DNA of 64,000 bases from an uncultured Candidatus Saccharibacteria bacterium (GCA_964582295.1 CAZOQP010000001.1:9588-73587); one strand, 5' to 3'; positions 49,121-57,144 are shown, counted from the first letter of the stretch. Notes: a model not told the origin generated them from the sequence alone. Made by a program: numbers and translations.

Positions 49121-49492
49121 TTATACGACCTCGGGTGCGAGGGAAATTATTTTCTGGAAGCCCATTTCACCGAGCTCGCGTGGAATTGGTCCGAAAACAC
49201 GCCCCGCGATGGGCTCGTGCTTGGCTTTATCTACGAGGATAACGGCATTCTCGTCAAAGCGGATGTATGAGCCGTCTGCACGGCGAGTGGCCACTTTGGA
49301 GCGAGCCACGACACCGTAAACAACATCCTTCTTTTTCACCGGCTTTCTCGGCTCAGCTTTCTGGATGGAAAGCACCACCAGGTCCCCTATCTTTGCATAG
49401 CGCTTCTTGGAACTTCCTAGCACCTTGAAAATTCGGCCTATCTTGGCGCCTGAATTGTCTGCTATTTTCACTATGGAGCGGGGCTGTATCAT
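49121..49492 (-). CDS. rplN: 50S ribosomal protein L14
   Basis: ADNSGAK, RFDENA, SLAPEV. Confidence 0.97.
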   Translation of the reverse strand: MIQPRSIVKIADNSGAKIGRIFKVLGSSKKRYAKIGDLVVLSIQKAEPRKPVKKKDVVYGVVARSKVATRRADGSYIRFDENAVILVDKAKHEPIAGRVFGPIPRELGEMGFQKIISLAPEVV

Positions 49493-49496
49493 TGGA

Positions 49497-49736
49497 TTAA
49501 GAGACTACCACGAAGTGCTTATCTTTGGAAATCGGCCTTGATTCAATAATTTCCACTTTGTCGCCCACCGCTTTGGTGTTACCAGGGTCATGGGCTTTGT
49601 ATTTCTTGTCGCTTGAAATGTATTTTCCGTAGCGCGGATGCTTGCGGAAACTTTTCACGGAAACGACCACGGTATCCTTCATTTTGTTGGAGACCACTAC
49701 GCCTGCGAGTATTCTTTTTTTTGTATTTTTTTCCAT
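49497..49736 (-). CDS. rpsQ: 30S ribosomal protein S17
   Basis: GVVVSNKMKDT, ESRPISK. Confidence 0.96.
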   Translation of the reverse strand: MEKNTKKRILAGVVVSNKMKDTVVVSVKSFRKHPRYGKYISSDKKYKAHDPGNTKAVGDKVEIIESRPISKDKHFVVVS

Positions 49737-49742
49737 ATATTT

Positions 49743-49934
49743 TTATTCCGCTTTCTTCATTCTCTTGTTGATCTCCGTCATAAGGCGTGCTATTTCCAGG
49801 CGATGAGTGCGGCCTTCACGCACGTTCCTGGTTTTTGAACCTTCCACTGCAAAACGGAACGAGCGAAGCGCCTCGCGCTTGTCGCGGAGATCTTTTATCA
49901 GGTCCTCATTGGTTTTTTTGGAAAAATCAGCCAT
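49743..49934 (-). CDS. rpmC: 50S ribosomal protein L29
   Basis: Position between rplP and rpsQ; RLEIARLMT. Confidence 0.9.
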   Translation of the reverse strand: MADFSKKTNEDLIKDLRDKREALRSFRFAVEGSKTRNVREGRTHRLEIARLMTEINKRMKKAE

Positions 49935-49939
49935 ATATT

Positions 49940-50359
49940 TTAGTGTCTCTCAACTATCTTGGTTTTCAAAGGAAGTTTAGTACCCCCTTTGCGCAAAGCT
50001 TCGCGCGCGATCTCCGGAGTTACTCCATCCACTTCAAAAATGATGCGCCCCGCGAGAACTGGCACCTGGTAGCCCGCGAGATCGCCCTTGCCTTTGCCCA
50101 TCTTCACCTCCGCCGGCTTCTGGGTGTAAGGCATGTCTGGGAAAACACGGATCCAGACCTTGCCGGTCTTACCAACTGCGCGCGAGATAGCTTTGCGGGC
50201 CGCCTCTATCTGATTTGATCTCACACGGTGAGGCGCCTGGGCTTTAAGACCGAACTGTCCGAAGGAGACTTCGGTTCCGCGAGTGGCCGGCCCCACCCTT
50301 TTTGGGTTGCGGCGCATAGTGTGCCATTTTCTGAATTTTACTTTTTTGGGGACTAACAT
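49940..50359 (-). CDS. rplP: 50S ribosomal protein L16
   Basis: QIEAAR, WIRVFPD, MGKGKG. Confidence 0.97.
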   Translation of the reverse strand: MLVPKKVKFRKWHTMRRNPKRVGPATRGTEVSFGQFGLKAQAPHRVRSNQIEAARKAISRAVGKTGKVWIRVFPDMPYTQKPAEVKMGKGKGDLAGYQVPVLAGRIIFEVDGVTPEIAREALRKGGTKLPLKTKIVERH

Positions 50360-50364
50360 GTTTT

Positions 50365-51033
50365 TTATGCTCCTTTTTTCTCAGCGAAAACTTCGCCTTT
50401 GTATATCCAAACTTTGATGCCGATGTGCCCGTACGGAAGCTTGGCTTCGTAATGAGCATAGTCGATATCCGCACGCATCGTCTGCAAAGGAATACGACCA
50501 AGCTTCCTTGTTTCCGAGCGGGCGATTGAAGAACCCGCCAGGCGTCCTGCTGCGGTTATCTTTACCCCCTTCACTTCCCGGTTGGCCATCACTTTCTCCA
50601 CCATCTGCTTCTGCACACGGCGGTAAGGCAAACGTTTTTCCAATCCTTCAGCAACCATCTGCGCCACTATCATGGCGTTTGATTCAGGAGATTTTATCTC
50701 GCGGATATCAAGCTTCACATCAATATTTCCCAAAAGGTCGCGAGATTTCAAAAGCTTCACTATCTCCTCTTTAAACTTGGTAGCTCCGTCTCCTTGGCGG
50801 CCAATAATAAGACCCGGGCGCGATGTTTCAATAATGACACGCATGGTTTTCTCGCCGCGCTCTATCTGAACATCGGCCACATACATTCCGCGCAATTTTT
50901 TCCCTATGAAATCACGTATCAGAAGATCGCCTCGGAGCATCCCCTGGAATTTTCCTTTCGGCGCGAACCAGCGGGACTTCCAATCCCTGATGATGCCTAA
51001 CCTATGTGAATATGGATGGACGGTATGCGACAT
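50365..51033 (-). CDS. rpsC: 30S ribosomal protein S3
   Basis: VHPYSHRLGI, RPGLIIG, IPLQTMRADIDY. Confidence 0.97.
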   Translation of the reverse strand: MSHTVHPYSHRLGIIRDWKSRWFAPKGKFQGMLRGDLLIRDFIGKKLRGMYVADVQIERGEKTMRVIIETSRPGLIIGRQGDGATKFKEEIVKLLKSRDLLGNIDVKLDIREIKSPESNAMIVAQMVAEGLEKRLPYRRVQKQMVEKVMANREVKGVKITAAGRLAGSSIARSETRKLGRIPLQTMRADIDYAHYEAKLPYGHIGIKVWIYKGEVFAEKKGA

Positions 51034-51037
51034 GGTA

Positions 51038-51415
51038 TTAGCTTTTTTCCTCTAACTTTAATTTCTTGGTTTTTTTCTTTGGAGCACCGGTTGAAAGCAC
51101 GATGGTGATATGGCTTGAGCGGCGGCGCACCGGGTGAGCAGCTCCGCGGGAAGCCGGGCGGAAACGCTTTATCATGCCGCCATTGTCCACGCGCATTTCT
51201 TTTATGAAAAGATCGTCTTCAGCAAGACCCAGAGCGCGAGCATTTGAAATAGCGGATGAAATTAGCTTTCTCAAAGGCAAAGCGGGGCGCTTCACGGCAA
51301 AATCCAAAAGAGTGAGGGCTTCTTCTACTCTTTTTCCCTGAACAAGCTTGGCAACTATCCTGGTCTTTCGAGGAGTCTGCCTGTAGCCCTTAAGATATGC
51401 CGTTGCTTGTGCCAT
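51038..51415 (-). CDS. rplV: 50S ribosomal protein L22
   Basis: RQTPRKTR, SAISNA, SHITIVL. Confidence 0.95.
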   Translation of the reverse strand: MAQATAYLKGYRQTPRKTRIVAKLVQGKRVEEALTLLDFAVKRPALPLRKLISSAISNARALGLAEDDLFIKEMRVDNGGMIKRFRPASRGAAHPVRRRSSHITIVLSTGAPKKKTKKLKLEEKS

Positions 51416-51418
51416 GGT

Positions 51419-51766
51419 TTATTTTTTTACTGCTTCAGCCGGAGCTGCCTTGGATGCCTGGGCGGAAGCTATTTCAGCTTCCTTTTTCTTGGTTTCCAGT
51501 TCCTTCTGCATCTTTCCTCCGTGCTTTATGAATTTGCGGGTGGGAGAGAATTCGCCCAAGCGGTGACCCACCATATCTTCCGTAACGAAAACCTCAATGT
51601 GTTCCCGGCCGTTATGGACCCCAAAGGTGTGCCCCACCATCTCCGGAGCTATCTGGCTGTCTCTTGCCCAGGTCTTTATCACTCCGGCAGAGCCGGGCTT
51701 TTTACCCTCAATCTTCTTGAGGAGTTTTTCATATACATAGGGTCCTTTTGAGGATGAACGTGTCAT
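51419..51766 (-). CDS. rpsS: 30S ribosomal protein S19
   Basis: [27 protein letters not shown]. Confidence 0.97.
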   Translation of the reverse strand: MTRSSSKGPYVYEKLLKKIEGKKPGSAGVIKTWARDSQIAPEMVGHTFGVHNGREHIEVFVTEDMVGHRLGEFSPTRKFIKHGGKMQKELETKKKEAEIASAQASKAAPAEAVKK

Positions 51767-51801
51767 TTTTGACAGAAAAAAGCTCGTCAGAGCTTGGCGA
51801 A

Positions 51802-51830
51802 ATATTATATGAATAGGAGCATAGTGTCAA
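51802..51830 (-). promoter_or_regulatory. promoter restarting the r-protein operon after the DGR
   Basis: TTGACA (overlapping the RT stop) then TATAAT at 15 bp or TAATAT at 17 bp. Confidence 0.65.
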
Positions 51831-52862
51831 CGGGTAGGTCTATTCCTAAAAACGGAGATTTTCTCCTTCAATTTATACGCATTCCCATGTCTCAATAGCC
51901 CCAGATAAGACTGCACCGTTTCCGCCTTAACATCACCATTTTCGAGATTTTTCATCATCCTTCGCTTGGTAGTGGTTCTCAATACGCGATAATCATGAAA
52001 ATGCACCCAGCCCAGGAAATCCACACCTGAAGCCAAGGTTTTAATGAATACCTTGTCCGGATGAAGAGTGAGTTTAAGCTTCTCTCCTAGATAACATACG
52101 ATATATCGTATGTTATCTAGGAGGTTTCCTTTGTCATGGTGGAGTATTACGAAATCATCTGCATAGCGTATGTAGTGTTTTACTTTGAGCGTGTGCTTCA
52201 TGTATTGATCAAACTCGTTCATGTAGACATTTACCAGAAGCTGGGAGGTGAGGTTCCCGAGGGGCAGTCCAATGCCAGAAGCAGTGCTTGAGAAGCTTCC
52301 TATGACCTTTTGGAGAAGCCACATGGTGTCCTCATCTTTTATATGCTTGTTCAGGATTTCAATGAGTATTGAATGATCAATTGATGCGAAAAACTTGCGC
52401 ACATCGCATTTCAATATAAAACATGTGCGTGTCCTGTTGTTTGAAACTTTATATGAAAATCTTTTAAATCTCTCCATCGCCTTGTGGGTGCCTTTAAAGT
52501 TCCGGCAGGAATAGGAATCGTGTATGAATCTTTTGTCAAAGTACGGATACAAAACCCTGTATATGGCGTGGTGGAGCAGTCTGTCCCTCACGCTCGCCTT
52601 GTGGATATTCCTCGGCTTGGGGTCCGAAATGTTGAAAGCTGAATATCCTCCATGTGTATATGTTTTTCCGGCCAAATCCTGATGCAAAGAGAGTATGTTG
52701 TCCATGAGCCGCAAGCCAAACTCCTGAACATCCTTTCTGTTCCGCTTGCCTCTTAAAAATTCCCTCCACGCTTCAAGGAGATTGTCTAAAGAAATGATAT
52801 CGTTATAGGTATGAGAAAACTCCCCTTTGAAGTCCCCCCCCCCCGCAGATTTCAGTAGTCAT
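51827..52862 (-). CDS. DGR reverse transcriptase; ATG at 52862 is out of frame by one base in a G11 tract
   Basis: DPKPRNI, RDRLLHHAI, DSYSCR..KGTH, KCDVRKFF.SIDH, GLPLGNLTSQ, YIRYADD, GVDFLG; RT-like reading (IISLDNLLEAWREFLRGK) continues upstream of the TTG at 52714 to the G tract. Confidence 0.93.
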
Positions 52863-53213
52863 CTTATTCCTGTAATCATAAAGCTTAAAGACCTATATGG
52901 CCTATGGCAAGGATATTTGGCACACTTTCCGAAGTCAAAACGTTTTACACTCGGTTCCAAGCTTGATGACCTATTTTTGAGCGCCATTGAAAATTGCTTT
53001 TTAGCTAGTTACTCTTCAGGTGAAGAAAAGAACACATATGTTGACCGCTCAATCTCACGAGTGGATCTCATAAAATTATTACTTCAACTTGCATGGGAAA
53101 CTAGAGTCCTTGATACGAACAAATATTCTCATTTATCCGAAAATCTATCAGAGGTTGGGAAAATGCTTGGTGGATGGAAAAGACAACTGACAAGAAAAAC
53201 TCCCCCGCGGTGA
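52811..53213 (+). CDS. avd: Avd-like accessory variability determinant (four-helix bundle), antisense to the rest of the DGR
   Basis: FPKSKRFTLG, EVGKMLGGW; TTG at 52827 is in frame, ATG at 52811 is in frame only with C10. Confidence 0.88.
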
Positions 53214-53223
53214 TACGGGGGAG
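53200..53223. other. GC-rich hairpin 3' of the TR, over the avd stop
   Basis: ctcccccg-cggtgata-cgggggag. Confidence 0.6.
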
Positions 53224-53236
53224 AACCATAATAGTG

Positions 53237-53365
53237 GCGCACGGCGAGGAACCGGCAACGCTCATCCCACTCGTTGTCGTTCCAGTTCAGATTGAGCTTG
53301 CGCTTAGAATCGTTCACGTCGAGATACGGAACGTTGCGATTGTCGTCCAACTGCGAGACGGAGCC
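53237..53365 (-). repeat. DGR template repeat (TR)
   Basis: 129 bp, aligns ungapped to 53707-53835; AAY-rich; all 14 mismatches are TR adenines. Confidence 0.97.
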
Positions 53366-53612
53366 TTGTACGACAAACCATCCATACCACCACCCATTGA
53401 ATAATCCCCGGGTTGAATCTTATTCGTGACCTTTGTGTCACATAGTTTGTCGCACCAACTTTCTCTGGTTTTTACCAAACCCGGAAACTCTCTTTCGGAA
53501 GCCGTGGCCGCCGAAACTCTCATTACTCGGGCGTGCGAACAAGTTACCCAAAGCCGTAACCGTAGGTTTTTCACTTGTCTCAATTATTGTATAGAAAAAA
53601 TTTACATATGAA

Positions 53613-53642
53613 AACTCCGTCGGACAGCTGTCCGACGGAGTT
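53613..53642. other. 30-bp perfect palindrome about 60 bp 3' of the target gene (retrohoming hairpin or terminator candidate)
   Basis: aactccgtcggacagctgtccgacggagtt. Confidence 0.65.
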
Positions 53643-53700
53643 GTTTCCAAAGCCCAAGTACCAAGGCCAAAAACGAAGCCAAAGCTCAAGGGCCCAAGTA

Positions 53701-54309
53701 CTACTTGCGCACGGCGAGGAACCGGCAACGCTCACCCCACTCGTCGTCGCTCCAGTCCAGACTGAGCCCGCGCTCAGAATCGTCCACGTCGAGAAACGGA
53801 ACGTCGCGAAAGTCGCCCAACTGCGAGACGGAGCCGAGAGCGATAATGGGAAATCTCCGTTGAACCTCCGGAAATGTTGCTCCGAAAGCCAGAAGTTCCT
53901 CCATGGTAGCCGGGCGCATTCCCATCTTGTCGATTTCTTTCTTCACTTCATCGGTCGCAATAACACGATTTAAGTGAATGAGTTCGACGGTGGTCTCCAC
54001 CTTACCCTTACCCTTTACAGGGAAGCGCTCAGTGGTAATATCATCGTTTTTCCAATCGTACCGGCCGGATGCGATCATCTCCGCGAGCGTCATGGAATAA
54101 TCCACGACGACTTTGAGAACGAGCGGGCCCAGGCCGAGGAAATCCCGAAGCTCCCCGCGGGGTTTGTTGAAACCCGTCGCGAGAGCTTCCAGAAAATCCG
54201 GCAGGATGCCGTCGGAGACCGCTACCGCCAACTGTTCCTTGCTCACCCCTTTCTGGTCAATGAGGGTAAGGATGTGTCCCGCCTGCGGCAGTGTTGCGTT
54301 GGTGCTCAT
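53701..54309 (-). CDS. DGR target protein with C-terminal variable region
   Basis: VR encodes the C-terminal residues up to W...RFLAVR; AGGAG RBS; no signal peptide or TM visible. Confidence 0.93.
   Translation of the reverse strand: MSTNATLPQAGHILTLIDQKGVSKEQLAVAVSDGILPDFLEALATGFNKPRGELRDFLGLGPLVLKVVVDYSMTLAEMIASGRYDWKNDDITTERFPVKGKGKVETTVELIHLNRVIATDEVKKEIDKMGMRPATMEELLAFGATFPEVQRRFPIIALGSVSQLGDFRDVPFLDVDDSERGLSLDWSDDEWGERCRFLAVRK
53707..53835 (-). repeat. DGR variable repeat (VR)
   Basis: 11 A>G and 3 A>T changes versus TR, altering 12 codons. Confidence 0.97.
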
Positions 54310-54453
54310 AGGGTTCTCCTATGTGGCGCTACCTTTAGGGTAGCTGGTTCGCTAAATGTGCGACCTTAGTGTCGCCATAGCTTTTAATCCTCCATCTTGA
54401 AGAGCTAAAAGCTATGGCGAACAAGTAGTTCTTAAGGTTCTTTATCTTTTTCC

Positions 54454-54482
54454 ATTATACACCTATTGACATATTTTGTCAA
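54454..54482 (-). promoter_or_regulatory. consensus sigma70 promoter for the DGR target
   Basis: TTGACA-17bp-TATAAT on the minus strand. Confidence 0.8.
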
Positions 54483-54525
54483 GTACTTCTTGGGTACCAA
54501 AAAATAGCCCTTTGTTGAGCTGTTT

Positions 54526-55223
54526 TTTACATAGGCAAGACCTATGTATAATTAAGATATGGCAATTAGAGAAATCTCCTTTGCTCCTGGATGCTATTAT
54601 CACATTTACAATCGAGGTAATAGCAAGCAGAAAATATTTCTTGATAAGAACGACTATCACCGTTTCATTAAGCTCCTTTATATTTCAAACTCACGGCAAA
54701 ACTTTGCCATCAGAAACTTTTCCAAGAAAAATATATACGACGTTGATCGCGGACAGAAACTGGTATCCATGGGAGCTTTTTGTTTAATGTCAAATCATTT
54801 CCACATTCTTTTATGCCAGCCGGAGAATGGCGACATCAGCAAGTTCATGCAAAAATTGAGCACATCTTACTCGATGTATTTTAATAAGAAATATGAACGG
54901 ACTGGCGGACTGTTTGAGAGTAAGTTCAAATCTGAATATGTAGAGACCGATCGTCATCTGAAATACCTATTTTCTTACATACACCTCAATCCATTAAAGA
55001 TCGTTGACCCGAAATGGAGAGAAAAAAGTGGGAATGATTTATCGGGGTCAATGAAATTCTTGGAAAATTACAATTTTTCTAGCTTTGATGAGTACATTGG
55101 GAAATCCCGTATTGAACAAGTTATTTTGGATAGACAGGATTTTCCAGAGTATTTCCCAGCCGAAAAAATATTTTTAGAAGAAATTACTGAATGGATTAAC
55201 TTTACATAGGCAAGACCTATGTA
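54526..55223 (+). mobile_element. HUH transposase unit bounded by identical 23-bp hairpins
   Basis: tttacataggcaagacctatgta at 54526-54548 and 55201-55223. Confidence 0.8.
54559..55209 (+). CDS. REP-associated tyrosine transposase (RAYT, Y1/HUH)
   Basis: YYHIYNRGN, FCLMSNHFHILL (HuH), YFNKKY.R.G.LF, YIHLNP. Confidence 0.92.
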   Translation: MAIREISFAPGCYYHIYNRGNSKQKIFLDKNDYHRFIKLLYISNSRQNFAIRNFSKKNIYDVDRGQKLVSMGAFCLMSNHFHILLCQPENGDISKFMQKLSTSYSMYFNKKYERTGGLFESKFKSEYVETDRHLKYLFSYIHLNPLKIVDPKWREKSGNDLSGSMKFLENYNFSSFDEYIGKSRIEQVILDRQDFPEYFPAEKIFLEEITEWINFT

Positions 55224-55229
55224 AGTCTG

Positions 55230-56069
55230 CTACTTTTTCCCTACCTTCCTTCGCTTCACTATGTAAACGTTTGAGTATTTCTTGGCACGGCGGGACTTCT
55301 GGCCCTTACCTGTCGGCTTGCCGTGGCGAGTGCGGGCACGACGGTGACCTCGGCCGGAGCGGCCTTCGCCTCCTCCGTGCGGATGGTCAACAGGGTTCAT
55401 GGCAGAACCACGAACGGTAGGGCGGATACCAAGCCAGCGAGAGCGTCCGGCTTTGCCGAGGTTCATCAGGCGATTTTCTGAATTGGAAACTTCTCCGACG
55501 CTTGCCCATGCATTGCTGTGTATCTTTCGCACTTCAGTTGAAGGCATTTTTATATCAACATATTCCCCGTCTTTTGCTACTACTTCCGCATAGTTTCCTC
55601 CGGAGCGAGCTACTTTCGCCTCTCCACCTTTTTTAAGCGAGATGTTGTACACAAAAGTTCCAACGGTCAGGCGGTGGAGAGGAAGACGGTTACCAGGAAT
55701 TTCCGCGGCGGTTTCTGAAGTTACAAAAGTGTCGCCAACCTTTGCTGATTTAGGCAGGAGAACGTAGCGCTTTGCGCCATCGTGGTAAAAGACGAGACCA
55801 ATGTAGCCAGAGCGGTTCGGATCGTACTCAACGCTCTTCACCACATAAGGAATATCGAATTTGTCGTATGAAAAATCAATGTCTCGGAAAAGGCGCTTGT
55901 GGCCACCACCCTTGTGCTGAACGGTAATGCGTCCGTGATGGTTGCGACCCTTATGGCGCTTGCGGCCAAAGGTGAGTTTTTTTGCAGGCTCAGAGGCAGT
56001 GGTTACCTCCTTGTACGGCAAAACCGTCATGTGCCTGCGGGATTTAGTTGTAGGTTTAAAACTTTTCAT
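55230..56069 (-). CDS. rplB: 50S ribosomal protein L2
   Basis: EYDPNRS, GKAGRSRW, MNPVDHPHGGGEG. Confidence 0.97.
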   Translation of the reverse strand: MKSFKPTTKSRRHMTVLPYKEVTTASEPAKKLTFGRKRHKGRNHHGRITVQHKGGGHKRLFRDIDFSYDKFDIPYVVKSVEYDPNRSGYIGLVFYHDGAKRYVLLPKSAKVGDTFVTSETAAEIPGNRLPLHRLTVGTFVYNISLKKGGEAKVARSGGNYAEVVAKDGEYVDIKMPSTEVRKIHSNAWASVGEVSNSENRLMNLGKAGRSRWLGIRPTVRGSAMNPVDHPHGGGEGRSGRGHRRARTRHGKPTGKGQKSRRAKKYSNVYIVKRRKVGKK

Positions 56070-56071
56070 TT

Positions 56072-56389
56072 TTATACGAGTTTGAGGGTATCACCTTTTT
56101 TCAAAAACACATAAGCCTTTTTTCCGCGCGCCGTTCTGCCCCTCTTGTTCCTCACTGTCACATTTTTGGCCGGAATGCTTACCATATTTACGCGAACCGG
56201 CTTCACTTTGTACTGAGCGGCTATTGCCTGAGCAACTTCTTTTTTAGTAGCGGAAAGGGGCACATTGAAAACATGAACATTTCTTGAAGAAAGAAGGGAT
56301 GCCTTTTCCGTGATGCGCGGAGTCTTCAGGATAAAGATTTTTCTTCCTTCCTGAAGCGCGGTCCTGTTTTGTATTTTTGAAGTAGCCAT
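56072..56389 (-). CDS. rplW: 50S ribosomal protein L23
   Basis: PRITEKA, KKAYV.LKKG. Confidence 0.95.
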   Translation of the reverse strand: MATSKIQNRTALQEGRKIFILKTPRITEKASLLSSRNVHVFNVPLSATKKEVAQAIAAQYKVKPVRVNMVSIPAKNVTVRNKRGRTARGKKAYVFLKKGDTLKLV

Positions 56390-56392
56390 AAA

Positions 56393-57136
56393 TTATTTTG
56401 CGGCAGACTTACGAGCTTTCACTGTGCGCTTCTTTTTCTCAGGAGCTGCACTGTCTGTCGATTCAGAGCTAACTTTGCCGCCCATCTTTGCTTCCAGTAT
56501 GGAAAAAGTTTTCTCCGGGTCAACGAATACGAGGTATTTTGCCTTGAGAGCGGAAACAACATCCAAATTCCTAGTCTCCCCTATGGAAAGATTGCCGATA
56601 TTCCTGAGGGCTCTCTCGGTCATTTCGTTCTTCACCGGCAAAAGAACATAAGCGGCATTCTCTCTTTTGTTGCGAAGAGCAGAAGCGCGGGCACCAGTTG
56701 AAAGTGCATGCACCATGGCGATACCTTCTTTGGTTTTACCTGCCAAAGAAAAATCCTCTGTGAAAATAATTTCCTTATCCTTCACTTTTCCTGAAAGCAC
56801 AGCTACGAGTGCCGCTGTCCTCATTTTGCGATTCACTTTTCGGAAGAAATTCTTGTCGTTGCGCGGGCCGTGAGCTACACCTCCTCCAACCCATATAGGT
56901 GAGCGAGTGGAACCATGACGTGCGCGGCCTGTACCTTTCTGCTTCCAAGGCTTTTTTCCGCCTCCTCTTACCTCGCCTCGGGTTTTAGTGTGAGCGATGG
57001 CACTACGTGCGGAAGACATCATGGAACGCACCACCTGCTCCACCAAGTCGGCATTTTTCTTTACGCCGAAAAACTTGGATGGGAGTTCCACCTCACGTGA
57101 TTTCTTTCCTTCTTTTGTAAATACGTCCGCGTTCAT
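56393..57136 (-). CDS. rplD: 50S ribosomal protein L4
   Basis: TKTRGEVRGGGKKPWKQKGTGRARHGS. Confidence 0.97.
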   Translation of the reverse strand: MNADVFTKEGKKSREVELPSKFFGVKKNADLVEQVVRSMMSSARSAIAHTKTRGEVRGGGKKPWKQKGTGRARHGSTRSPIWVGGGVAHGPRNDKNFFRKVNRKMRTAALVAVLSGKVKDKEIIFTEDFSLAGKTKEGIAMVHALSTGARASALRNKRENAAYVLLPVKNEMTERALRNIGNLSIGETRNLDVVSALKAKYLVFVDPEKTFSILEAKMGGKVSSESTDSAAPEKKKRTVKARKSAAK

Positions 57137-57144
57137 TTTATATT

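Noticed and set aside
51827-52862. RT as group II intron, retron or CRISPR-associated RT
   Set aside because: It is short, has no maturase or endonuclease domain and no cas genes nearby; Avd and an A-specific TR/VR pair identify a DGR
53129-53350. 73-aa ORF resembling the target C-terminus
   Set aside because: It is the translation of TR and overlaps avd antisense; not a second target gene
53174-53973. Plus-strand ORFs 53174-53404 and 53575-53973 with similar peptides
   Set aside because: Antisense shadows of TR and VR
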